NCBI GenBank assembly: GCA_963721805.1
Contig: CAVRJY010000001.1
Coordinates: 499,882-563,881, forward strand
Length of the DNA: 64,000 nt
Direction: 5' to 3'
Source: Nitrospirota bacterium
GTDB taxonomy: Bacteria; Nitrospirota; Thermodesulfovibrionia; Thermodesulfovibrionales; JdFR-86
The notes below the pieces were generated by a model. The model was not told the DNA's origin and searched no databases. It worked only from the letters and a program-made list of their open reading frames with translations. A program made the translations under genes and the position numbers. How positions within the stretch are numbered: the first letter of the stretch is position 1; each line of letters opens with the position of its first letter. Shown here piece after piece: positions 51,215-60,039 of this stretch.

Positions 51215-52482
51215 TCGACCCCAATACTATTACAGAAGTACACGGCTCCCTCTGGACCGTAAAAGAGCTGTTCGTATATCCCAACGAGTTCATCGTCTGG
51301 AGCATACAGATCGTCATGTACCCTTACATGACCGGTCTCGTGGCCGGGGCGTTCGTGCTCTCGTCGCTCTACCATGTCTTCGGCCGCGAGGAGCTCAAGG
51401 GAATAGCCTCTTTCTCGCTCGCGTTCAGCTTCGCGCTCCTGCCGGTGGCCATGATGCCGCTGGAGCTGCACCTGCAACACCCCTTCCGCGGGGTCGAGGT
51501 CTTCTTCACGCCTCACTTCACCTCGGCCATCGCTGCGTTCGGCATCGTGTTCAGCACCTATGGGGCCATAGTGGCCTCCGAGATCTGGTTCGTTTACAGG
51601 AAGTTCTTCGTCGAGGAGGCCAAGAGGCTTTCCAAGGCATCGGGCTTCGACGCGTTCAGAGGCAAGGTATACTCAATCCTGACCCTCGGCGCCTGGGACG
51701 TCTCAGAAGATGCGATACACGCAGACCACAAGGCGGTCAGTCTGCTGGCCGCCATCGGCATCCCGGTCGCGTGCTTCCTGCACGGGTATGCCGGGTTCAT
51801 CTTCGGCTCGGTCAAGGCCAACGCGCTGTGGATGACGCCGCTGATGCCGGTCATCTTCATCGTCTCCGCTATCGTCTCGGGCATCGCGCTTTGCATGTTC
51901 GTCTACACCTGCGTGCTCGAGATCGCGCGGCACCGCCACCGCAACGAGCCCAACCACAAAGAGGTCGCGCTCCAGCTGAGGGATACACAGCGCAAGACGA
52001 TAGCCGATACCAGGAAATATCTCCTCGCGTTCCTGATCGCTGCGATCACGCTTGAGCTGCTGGACCTCGTTTTCCGCGGCTATACCGCCGTCAAGAGCTG
52101 GAACATCCTCAGCACGGTCATATTCCAGAGGGACTTCGTAAAGATCTTCATCCTGCAGTACACGGTCGGCGACCTGATACCCTTCGTCCTGCTGATCCTC
52201 CCCGGCAAGATCTCACTCAAGCGCACGATGGCCGCGCTCCTCATGATCCTGTTTGGCGTGTTCATGATGCGCTGGAACGTCGTCATCGGCGGCCAGTCGT
52301 TCTCGCTGAGCTTCGCCGGGTACATGGACTACGTCCTGCCGATCATCCCCCGCAGCTGGGAGACCCTGAAGGAGGGCGTCGTTGGGGCGCTCGCGGTCAT
52401 CGCCACGCCGTTTTTGCTGCTTTACATCATCAGTTTCTTCATCCCTATCGTCCCGAAGCTCGGGAACAAGGCGGAGCACTAA
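51199..52482 (+). CDS. NrfD/PsrC-family integral membrane quinone-interacting subunit
   Basis: 427-aa polytopic ORF overlapping the end of the FeS gene; alternative GTG start at 51211. Confidence 0.8.
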   Translation: MEDPVIDPNTITEVHGSLWTVKELFVYPNEFIVWSIQIVMYPYMTGLVAGAFVLSSLYHVFGREELKGIASFSLAFSFALLPVAMMPLELHLQHPFRGVEVFFTPHFTSAIAAFGIVFSTYGAIVASEIWFVYRKFFVEEAKRLSKASGFDAFRGKVYSILTLGAWDVSEDAIHADHKAVSLLAAIGIPVACFLHGYAGFIFGSVKANALWMTPLMPVIFIVSAIVSGIALCMFVYTCVLEIARHRHRNEPNHKEVALQLRDTQRKTIADTRKYLLAFLIAAITLELLDLVFRGYTAVKSWNILSTVIFQRDFVKIFILQYTVGDLIPFVLLILPGKISLKRTMAALLMILFGVFMMRWNVVIGGQSFSLSFAGYMDYVLPIIPRSWETLKEGVVGALAVIATPFLLLYIISFFIPIVPKLGNKAEH

Positions 52483-52512
52483 GCCGTATAAAGCCTGCGA
52501 TCGCGAAACCCG

Positions 52513-52542
52513 AGGGGCCCTTTTACAGGGCCCCTTTTTTTT
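52513..52542 (+). terminator. Rho-independent terminator
   Basis: AGGGGCCC-TTTTACA-GGGCCCCT followed by a T-run. Confidence 0.8.
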
Positions 52543-52641
52543 GATCAGCCTCCCTCTGCGCAGACGACAAGCGCCTGTCTGAGGCCGGTCCCGGCAAGGC
52601 TTAGGCTGGCATGTTATAGTATTTGATGCTCAGGGGGGTGG

Positions 52642-53316
52642 ATGGATAAGGACGCAGCGTTAAAGCTCAAGGTCGTGGGTTTTTTCTCCGCCCTCACCGA
52701 CGACGAATTCCAGCGGATCGGCCACCGCGTCAGGATCGAGAGGTTCCAGCGTGGGACCGCGATCTTAAACGAGACCGACACGAACGAGTATATGTACGCT
52801 GTAGTCGAAGGTGAGGTGAAGGCCTCACGCACCCTCGATGACGGCCGCGAGACTATCCTCGCCATACACGGCGCTGGCGAGTCCTTCGGGGAACTCGCTC
52901 TGATCGACGGCCGGACCGCCCCGGCCACGGTCACGGCCGCAAGAGACTCCATTGTTGCGCTCATAGCGAAGCGTGATTTTCACGAGATCCTTATGGCCGA
53001 CCGGAAGGTGCTCTCCTATTTTCTCCGCCTGATGTGCTCCCGCCTCCGCGAGGCCTGGCGCACGCATGAGATACTCCAGCAGCGGGACGCCTGCGAGCGG
53101 ATCAGGATGATGCTCGGAAAGCTCGCCGCGGAGCGCGGCACACAGCTCCCGGAGGGAGTGCTGATCAACTCACGCCTGACCCACCAGGAGATGGCCGAGA
53201 TGACCGGCCTGACGCGCGAGACCGTCACGCGCGTGATCGACCAGATGAAACTGGACGGCCATTTAAGGCTCGGCGAAGACCGCCTGTACGTACTTCTGAA
53301 AGATTTTTTTGCGTAG
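52642..53316 (+). CDS. Crp/Fnr-family transcriptional regulator
   Basis: 224-aa ORF; cNMP-binding-type domain (GESFGELALIDG) and C-terminal HTH (THQEMAEMTGLTRETVTRVI). Confidence 0.9.
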   Translation: MDKDAALKLKVVGFFSALTDDEFQRIGHRVRIERFQRGTAILNETDTNEYMYAVVEGEVKASRTLDDGRETILAIHGAGESFGELALIDGRTAPATVTAARDSIVALIAKRDFHEILMADRKVLSYFLRLMCSRLREAWRTHEILQQRDACERIRMMLGKLAAERGTQLPEGVLINSRLTHQEMAEMTGLTRETVTRVIDQMKLDGHLRLGEDRLYVLLKDFFA

Positions 53317-53599
53317 TCAGCTTCCGAAATAACAAAATCAATTGCCTTCCGCATCCATGCGCTGGGCCATGTTTGTGGGTGTTTCAATCAAAGGCTTAAT
53401 CCACAATCCCGTTGCCTCCATTTTTTATCCCGGAATGCCGGTCCATTTCACAGGATATTCACATTGAGCATGTTACTATACATGCGAAAAATCGAAACAG
53501 TATAAATACTCTGCTCAGAGCAAACCGAGGGGAAACCCCGGGGCGCAGAGCAACGGGACTAAACAACGGGGACGCGGTTCCCGTTCCATGTCAGCCGGG

Positions 53600-53639
53600 C
53601 CGCCAGAGGGAAGCGTACTCTGGCGGTTTTTCTTTTTTT
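53600..53639 (+). terminator. Strong intrinsic terminator inside the crp-cytochrome gap
   Basis: 9-bp stem CCGCCAGAG / CTCTGGCGG, 9-nt loop, followed by TTTTTCTTTTTTT; about 280 nt after the crp stop and 195 nt before the next ATG. Confidence 0.7.
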
Positions 53640-53833
53640 GGCTGCCTCTAGGGGAGGGAGCCGATCCGATGTGCGTGATGGCTGAGGTACAGTTGCGCCT
53701 TCACGAACATGGCAACGAAAACTCCGGATCGAAGGGAGGGGATAAGACGATTAGGGGCGTTTCCCAAATATGACAGTTTTTTTCTCAAGGACGTGAAACG
53801 AGTTCAACCAAATATAAAGGAGGCGTTAAGAGT

Positions 53834-55153
53834 ATGAGGAAATATTCAGCGGGCATAGCAGCGCTGGCCGTGTTATTCGCCCTGTCATTCGGCATGGGTG
53901 CGGTGGCGCATGCGGATGACGGTGGCGACGGCGTGAGTGCAAAGACGATCGGCGCGGCATCAAGCGCATATGTCGTGTTCTCCTGGAACGACCTCGGCAT
54001 GCACTGCATGAACCCCACTTACGACAAGGCGGTTATCCTGCCTCCGTATAACAACCTCTACGTACAGGTCGTGAAGCGCGGCAACCCGCCCATGATTGTC
54101 AACAGCGGGATCTCCGTCTCGTACAGCATCGCCGGCAATACGTATACCTACGGCAAGCGCAGCTACGGCCAGTTTTGGGACAATATGATGGAGCTGTTCG
54201 GCATATCGCTGCCCAAAAACAAGGGGCTTAACCTGACGGACCCGACCGTCAATAACGGTCTTTCGGGAAAGATGCTTGCGAAGCCTGACTATTACGTCGC
54301 CAACGGCATACCCGTCTCTCCGGTCTCGGACAAGGGTGCCTGGAACCCCTACCAGGTAGCGAATATCACGGTCAAGAACAGCTCCGGTACGGTCATCGCC
54401 AGGACGCAGGCCACCATCCCGGTCTCGGACGAGATCAGCTGCTCGAAGTGCCACGGGGCCGACCCGTTCGACGATATCCTCACCAAGCATGACGCGATGC
54501 ACGGCACCGACCTGATGAACAGCAAGCCGGTCATATGCGCCGGCTGCCACGGCGATCCGATTCTCGGCCAGACCGACACGGGCGCGGCGGGCATCTACCT
54601 CTCCGCGGCGATACACAGCTCACACGCCGACAGGGGCGCAGCCTGTTATGACTGCCACCCGGGGGACAAGACGCAGTGCAGCAGGAGCCTCGCCCACACC
54701 GCACCTGACGGCAACTGCACGACCTGCCACGGCCAGATGAGCGACGTCGGCGGCAGCATTCTAAACGGCACGCGCACCCCCTGGGCCGGCGAGCCCAAGT
54801 GCTATACCTGCCACAACGTCGCAAGCCAGGTCGACACCGGCGATGCCCTCTACCGCAACTCACGCGGCCACGGCAATATGTTCTGCTCGGCTTGCCACGG
54901 AAGCCCGCATGCCATGGTCCCCACTAGCAAGGCCTCGGATAACTATCAGGCCATACAGGACCAGAGCGCAGCCTACACGATCGGTGACTGCAGGGTCTGC
55001 CACCAGACCTCGCGCGGCGGCGGCAGCGCCTCTGAGTTCGCCGAGGAGCATGGCGGCAGCAACAAGAGCGCCTGCAACGTTTGTCACACCGGCTACAAGT
55101 CAGCGCGCGACACCACCAAGTGGCCGCATAACTTCCTCTGGAAGTCGAGATAA
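53834..55153 (+). CDS. Secreted octaheme c-type cytochrome with ~170-aa heme-free N-terminal domain (paralog 1)
   Basis: 439-aa ORF; AAGGAGG upstream; signal peptide ...AVAHA/DD; eight CxxCH motifs, all in the C-terminal ~240 aa; N-terminal WNDLGMHC motif. Confidence 0.9.
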   Translation: MRKYSAGIAALAVLFALSFGMGAVAHADDGGDGVSAKTIGAASSAYVVFSWNDLGMHCMNPTYDKAVILPPYNNLYVQVVKRGNPPMIVNSGISVSYSIAGNTYTYGKRSYGQFWDNMMELFGISLPKNKGLNLTDPTVNNGLSGKMLAKPDYYVANGIPVSPVSDKGAWNPYQVANITVKNSSGTVIARTQATIPVSDEISCSKCHGADPFDDILTKHDAMHGTDLMNSKPVICAGCHGDPILGQTDTGAAGIYLSAAIHSSHADRGAACYDCHPGDKTQCSRSLAHTAPDGNCTTCHGQMSDVGGSILNGTRTPWAGEPKCYTCHNVASQVDTGDALYRNSRGHGNMFCSACHGSPHAMVPTSKASDNYQAIQDQSAAYTIGDCRVCHQTSRGGGSASEFAEEHGGSNKSACNVCHTGYKSARDTTKWPHNFLWKSR

Positions 55154-55184
55154 GCACAAACATATAGCCACGCCGCACCGCTAC

Positions 55185-55220
55185 ACGGCCCCGCATGGAT
55201 GTGCGGGGCCGTGTTTTTTT
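55185..55220 (+). terminator. Rho-independent terminator after paralog 1
   Basis: ACGGCCCCGCA-TGGATG-TGCGGGGCCGT followed by GTTTTTTT. Confidence 0.85.
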
Positions 55221-55391
55221 CGCCGAAGCCCCTGTGCGGAATACGTTGCATCGCATAGGCGTGCCGGTTCCCGCGATTGCGCGGCCCGGTTCACAGATTA
55301 TTCATATTCAGGTGTTAAAATATTTCGAACAATCTAAACTGAAGCGGCCCTGTTCAGGGCGAACTGTTTCACAAAACCAACAGGAGGCACA

Positions 55392-56693
55392 ATGCGGAAA
55401 GGCTTAATAGTCTCGCTCGCGGCAATCGCATTATTGTTCTGGTCATTCGGGATGGCGTTTGCGGATGACGACGTCGGGTCCAAGAAGATCGGCGCGGCCA
55501 AGAAACCATACGTTGTGTTCGCCTGGAACGACCTCGGGATGCATTGCCTGAACCCCACTTACGACACTGCCGTGATCCTGCCTCCGTATAACAGCCTTTA
55601 CGTTCAGGTCGTCAAGCGCGGCAACCCCCCCACGATAGTCAACAGCGGGATCTCGGTCAGTTATAGCATCGCCGGGAATACCTATTCATACGGCAAGCGC
55701 AGCTACGGCCAGTTCTGGGACAACATGCAGGCTCTGTTCGGGATAACGCTCCCGCATGACAAGGGCCTTAACCTCACGGACCCGACGGTCAACAACGGGC
55801 TCTCGGGCGGGATGCTAGCCAAGGGCGACTACTATGTCGCAAACGGGATACCAGTGACGCCGGTCCTCGACAAGAAGCTTAAATGGAACCCCTATCAGGT
55901 CGCCAATATAACGGTCAAGGACGCAAGCGGCAAGGTCATCGCCAAGACCAAGGCGACCATCCCGACCTCGGACGAGATCAACTGCGCCAAGTGCCACGGG
56001 GCCGACGCTTTCAACGATATCCTCGCCAAGCATGACGCCCTGCACGGCACAGACCTGATGAACAGCAAGCCTGTAATCTGCGCCGGCTGCCATGGCGACC
56101 CCATCCTGGGCCAGACCGACGAGGGCGCGGCGGGCATCTACCTCTCGGACGCGATCCACAGCTCTCACGCCGACAGGGGGGCGGCCTGCTATGACTGCCA
56201 CCCCGGTGAGACCACGAAGTGCAGCCGCAGCCTCGCCCATACCGCCGCGGACGGCAACTGCACGACCTGCCACGGCCAGATGAGCGACGTGGCCTCGAGC
56301 ATCGAGGCCGGCCGCATACCCTGGAGCGGCGAGCCCAAATGCTATACCTGCCATAACGTCTCAAGCCAGGTCGATACCGGTGACGCCCTCTACCGCAACT
56401 CGCGCGGACACGGCAACCTGTTCTGTTCGGCCTGCCACGGGAGCCCGCACGCCATGGTCCCGTCAAGCCAGAAGTCCGACAACTACCAGGCCAAGCAGTA
56501 CCAGAGTGCGGCCAGGACGATAGGCGACTGCAAGGTCTGCCATAGGACCTCGCGCGGTGGAGGCGGCGCCTCGGAGTTCGCCCATGAGCACGGGGGCGGC
56601 AGGAAGAGCGCGTGCAGCGTCTGCCATACCGGATTTACCGCTGCCGCCGACTCCTCAAAATGGCCTCACGCCTTCCTCTGGAAGTCGAGGTAA
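55392..56693 (+). CDS. Secreted octaheme c-type cytochrome (paralog 2)
   Basis: 433-aa ORF; AGGAGG upstream; signal peptide ...GMAFA/DDD; eight CxxCH motifs at positions equivalent to paralog 1. Confidence 0.9.
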   Translation: MRKGLIVSLAAIALLFWSFGMAFADDDVGSKKIGAAKKPYVVFAWNDLGMHCLNPTYDTAVILPPYNSLYVQVVKRGNPPTIVNSGISVSYSIAGNTYSYGKRSYGQFWDNMQALFGITLPHDKGLNLTDPTVNNGLSGGMLAKGDYYVANGIPVTPVLDKKLKWNPYQVANITVKDASGKVIAKTKATIPTSDEINCAKCHGADAFNDILAKHDALHGTDLMNSKPVICAGCHGDPILGQTDEGAAGIYLSDAIHSSHADRGAACYDCHPGETTKCSRSLAHTAADGNCTTCHGQMSDVASSIEAGRIPWSGEPKCYTCHNVSSQVDTGDALYRNSRGHGNLFCSACHGSPHAMVPSSQKSDNYQAKQYQSAARTIGDCKVCHRTSRGGGGASEFAHEHGGGRKSACSVCHTGFTAAADSSKWPHAFLWKSR

Positions 56694-56728
56694 GCCCGGC
56701 AGGCCATCACATTTAGTTAGCGGATGAT

Positions 56729-56763
56729 ACGGCCCCGCATGGAAGTGCGGGGCCGTATTTTAT
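56729..56763 (+). terminator. Rho-independent terminator after paralog 2 (same stem as the first)
   Basis: ACGGCCCCGCA-TGGAAG-TGCGGGGCCGT followed by ATTTTAT. Confidence 0.7.
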
Positions 56764-56768
56764 ATGGG

Positions 56769-57887
56769 TTAGAGCGTGCGCTTGAAGGTCAGGATCGACA
56801 GCGTCAGCATTATGGTGGTGAATCCGGCAAGAAAAAATATATCGCCGGATATGCCCAATAGCCCAGCATCCCTGAACAGCACCGCCTTAAACGCGTCGAC
56901 CGCGTAGGCCTCGGGGTTTACCTTGGCAAACGCCTTGAGCCATGGCGGGAAGCTCGCTATCGGATAGACCGAGCCGCTCGGGAAAAACAGTATCACGTTC
57001 AAAAAACCGCTCAGCACGCCGACGATCCTCGGGTGGTTGACCCTGCCGAGCATGACGAACATCAGGCTCAGGAGGCAGAGCGTTGTGAGCACCATCACGA
57101 TAAAAAGCGGCAGGAAGTGCGTAAACCCGTGGGCCAGCGGTATGCCGGTCAGGAGCATGCTCACTACGAGTATGAACGTAGCGGTGACGAGCGTGACCGA
57201 AAGCCCGCTGATGATCAGGCCGCTCACGATATGCGCCTTCGTCAGCGGCGTCAGCAGGTAGCTCTCGTCCGTGCCCATAAAACGGTCCATTACGAGGTTG
57301 AACACCCCGGTGGTCAGGGTGCCCAGGAATATCGCCATGATTACTACGCCTGGCACGAGGGACTGGTAATAGTCCACCTTGGGGTACAGGTTGATGTCAC
57401 GCAGGAGCACTGTGTTCGTGACCTCCCTTATAGGCACGTACTCGGCCTGTATCGATTGCAGCGCGGCGTTTACGAGGTTGCGGATCATCTCGGAGGATAT
57501 GGCGTCCGTGTTGTCGAGGAACAGCCCGACCTCCGGCCTGGATGTGAGCGCGACCTTTTTGCTGAAGTCCCTGGGTATGACGAGCGCCGCCTTGTATGTC
57601 CCGTTTTTTACGCCGTCGACTGCCCGCTGCTCGTCCGAATCGCCCAGGAGTGTGAAAGTCCGCGGCCCGGCCGCGATAGCGTGAAGGTTTTCTATGACAC
57701 GCTTGGCCGACGGCCCCGAGTCGTTGTCCACGATGACTATCGGGAGGCCCACCAGCTTCCCCTGAAACGAGTTGCCCAGGATTAGCAGATATATGATCGG
57801 CATAAGGACGCTCATGCCGAGGACGACCGGGTTACGCTTGAACTTCTTGAGGTCCCGCTCGACGACGGCCAGCAGCCTTGTCATCAT
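56769..57887 (-). CDS. ABC-2-type transporter permease
   Basis: 372-aa ORF; one N-terminal TM helix, a large loop, then five or six C-terminal TM helices; overlaps the ATPase gene by 4 nt. Confidence 0.85.
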   Translation of the reverse strand: MMTRLLAVVERDLKKFKRNPVVLGMSVLMPIIYLLILGNSFQGKLVGLPIVIVDNDSGPSAKRVIENLHAIAAGPRTFTLLGDSDEQRAVDGVKNGTYKAALVIPRDFSKKVALTSRPEVGLFLDNTDAISSEMIRNLVNAALQSIQAEYVPIREVTNTVLLRDINLYPKVDYYQSLVPGVVIMAIFLGTLTTGVFNLVMDRFMGTDESYLLTPLTKAHIVSGLIISGLSVTLVTATFILVVSMLLTGIPLAHGFTHFLPLFIVMVLTTLCLLSLMFVMLGRVNHPRIVGVLSGFLNVILFFPSGSVYPIASFPPWLKAFAKVNPEAYAVDAFKAVLFRDAGLLGISGDIFFLAGFTTIMLTLSILTFKRTL

Positions 57888-58885
57888 CTCCCGAAGCCCT
57901 GCGGTATGCCCGCGCCGGCCAGGACGTTGAACTTCCTGACCTCTTCCTGACGTATGGACTTGCCTGTGTAGTGGATGAATACGTCCTCAAGGGACTGCTC
58001 GTGCAGCGAGGCCGAAAGCACGGTGTTGCCGGCCTTTCTCACTGCGTCGATGAGCATCGGCAGGTTCTTCGCGCCGTTTTCGACGTATACCCTCAGCGCG
58101 TCGTCCTCTGCCTTGACGCTGTGCACGAACTCGAGCTTCCCGATCTCGCCTGCGAGAGCCTCCGAGGGGTCCGTGACCGTAAGCGATATGATGTCGTTGC
58201 CTGGTATGTTGGCCTTAAGCTCCGCCGGGCTGCCCATCGCGATGATCTTGCCCGCGTCGATGATCGCGACCCTTCCGCACAGCGTCTCGGCCTCATCGAG
58301 GTAATGGGTCGTGAGGAATATCGTCATCGAGTCGCCCTTGATGAGTTCCCTCAGGAAGTCCCAGACGACGTGCCTGGCCTGGGGGTCCAGTCCGATGGTG
58401 GGCTCGTCGAGAAACAGCATGGCGGGCCTGTGCACCAGCACGCGCGCGATCTCGAGCCTTCGGCGCATGCCGCCCGAGTAGGTCACGACCAAGTCGTTCG
58501 CGCGCTGCGTCAGGCCGACCATCTCAAGCAGGTACTTAACGCGTTCGGTCCGCTCTTTTTTGCGTATGCCGTAGAACCGGCCGTAGAGGTCCATGTTCTC
58601 GTAGCCCGTGAGGTCGAGGTCGCTGGTCATCGCCTGCGGCACCACTCCGATGCGCTTGCGGACCTCTGCCGGCTCCTGGGCCACGTCAAAGCCTGCGACC
58701 GTGGCCTTGCCGCTCGTGGGCCTGCGCAGGGTATTGAGCATCCTGATGAGGGTCGTCTTGCCCGCCCCGTTCGGGCCTAGGAACCCGAAGAACTCGCCCT
58801 CGTCGACGTCGAAGCTCACGTGGTCCACGGCGGTCATTTCGCCGAACTTCATGGTAAGCTCAGATACCGTGATGGCCTTTCCCAT
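57884..58885 (-). CDS. ABC transporter ATP-binding protein (DrrA/ABC-2 type)
   Basis: 333-aa ORF; Walker A GPNGAGKT, signature YSGGMRRRL, Walker B MLFLDEPT. Confidence 0.9.
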   Translation of the reverse strand: MGKAITVSELTMKFGEMTAVDHVSFDVDEGEFFGFLGPNGAGKTTLIRMLNTLRRPTSGKATVAGFDVAQEPAEVRKRIGVVPQAMTSDLDLTGYENMDLYGRFYGIRKKERTERVKYLLEMVGLTQRANDLVVTYSGGMRRRLEIARVLVHRPAMLFLDEPTIGLDPQARHVVWDFLRELIKGDSMTIFLTTHYLDEAETLCGRVAIIDAGKIIAMGSPAELKANIPGNDIISLTVTDPSEALAGEIGKLEFVHSVKAEDDALRVYVENGAKNLPMLIDAVRKAGNTVLSASLHEQSLEDVFIHYTGKSIRQEEVRKFNVLAGAGIPQGFGR

Positions 58886-58897
58886 GGCGGCCGGGCC

Positions 58898-59959
58898 TCA
58901 GTGTCCGGCCGGGAACGCGACGTCGACCGTCATGCCGGGCTTCAGGATGCCGCCGCTGTCATCGAGCCGGACCTTGACGCGGAAGGTCTTGATGTCCTCC
59001 CTGCCCCTCAGCACGTCGCGCTGTGTCGCGAACTCCGCGTACCTGCCTATCTCGCTGACCCTGCCGCTGAAGGTGCGCCCCGGCAGCCCGTCGACCGTGA
59101 TCACGGCCGGGGCGTGGAGCTTTATCTCGGCTATGCGCGACTCGTCTATGTCCACGCGGGCATATAGGCCGCCGAGGTCCACTAGGGTCATCATCGTTAC
59201 GCCGGGACTTACGGTCTCGCCCGCCTCTACGGATTTGAATATGACTACGCCGTCGATAGGGGCGTTGATTATCGTGTCGCCGAGCTTCGAGCGGTTGAAG
59301 GCGAGGTTCGCCCCGGCCTCCCTTAGCGCGGCCCTCGATGAGTTCAGCTGGCCGAGAGCGGCCTTAAGCTGGCTTTCCGAGGCGTTCTTCCTCGAAGCGG
59401 CGGAGTTCAGCTGCTCCTTTGCAGAATCGTACGAAGCCGTGTCCGCCTTATACGCGGTGACGGACTGGTCGCGCGACTCTTGAGATATGAACCCGCTGCT
59501 GAGGAGCTTATCGGCCCGCTCGGATTCTCGCTTCGATTCCTCCATCTGTGCGCGGGCCTTGTCCATGTTTGCCGAGGCGCTTTTCATGTCGGCCTCTGCC
59601 CCGGAGATATTGGCGCGCGCGGCCTCGGCGGACGCCCCGGCCGCAGCGATGTCAGCGTTAGCACGCTCGACCCCTGCCGCGGCCTGATCGACTGAGGCCT
59701 GCAAGTCCAGGCTCTCGAGCGTGATCGCGCGCTGTCCGGCCTTTACCGTGTCGCCTTCCCTGCAGCACATCCACGATACCTTGCCCGCGACCTTCGACGA
59801 CAGGTTAACCTCAGGGCCGTCAACGACCCCGGTTGCATGCAGCGCAGTGACCTTGTTGTTATGCAGCAGATAGTACGCGAGGCCGCCTGCGAGGGCGAGG
59901 ACAATAAGGACGGCGATCATCTTGATGGGCATTTTCTTCAGGGTGCCAGTGATATTCAT
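58898..59959 (-). CDS. HlyD-family periplasmic adaptor protein
   Basis: 353-aa ORF; N-terminal TM helix, long coiled-coil region, beta-barrel ends. Confidence 0.85.
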   Translation of the reverse strand: MNITGTLKKMPIKMIAVLIVLALAGGLAYYLLHNNKVTALHATGVVDGPEVNLSSKVAGKVSWMCCREGDTVKAGQRAITLESLDLQASVDQAAAGVERANADIAAAGASAEAARANISGAEADMKSASANMDKARAQMEESKRESERADKLLSSGFISQESRDQSVTAYKADTASYDSAKEQLNSAASRKNASESQLKAALGQLNSSRAALREAGANLAFNRSKLGDTIINAPIDGVVIFKSVEAGETVSPGVTMMTLVDLGGLYARVDIDESRIAEIKLHAPAVITVDGLPGRTFSGRVSEIGRYAEFATQRDVLRGREDIKTFRVKVRLDDSGGILKPGMTVDVAFPAGH

Positions 59960-60039
59960 AGGCTAACTATACAATAATACGCCTGGGCGTTCAACCGGCG
60001 CGGCTGGGGTTGCGGCACGCGTTGGGGCTGGACCTGGCC

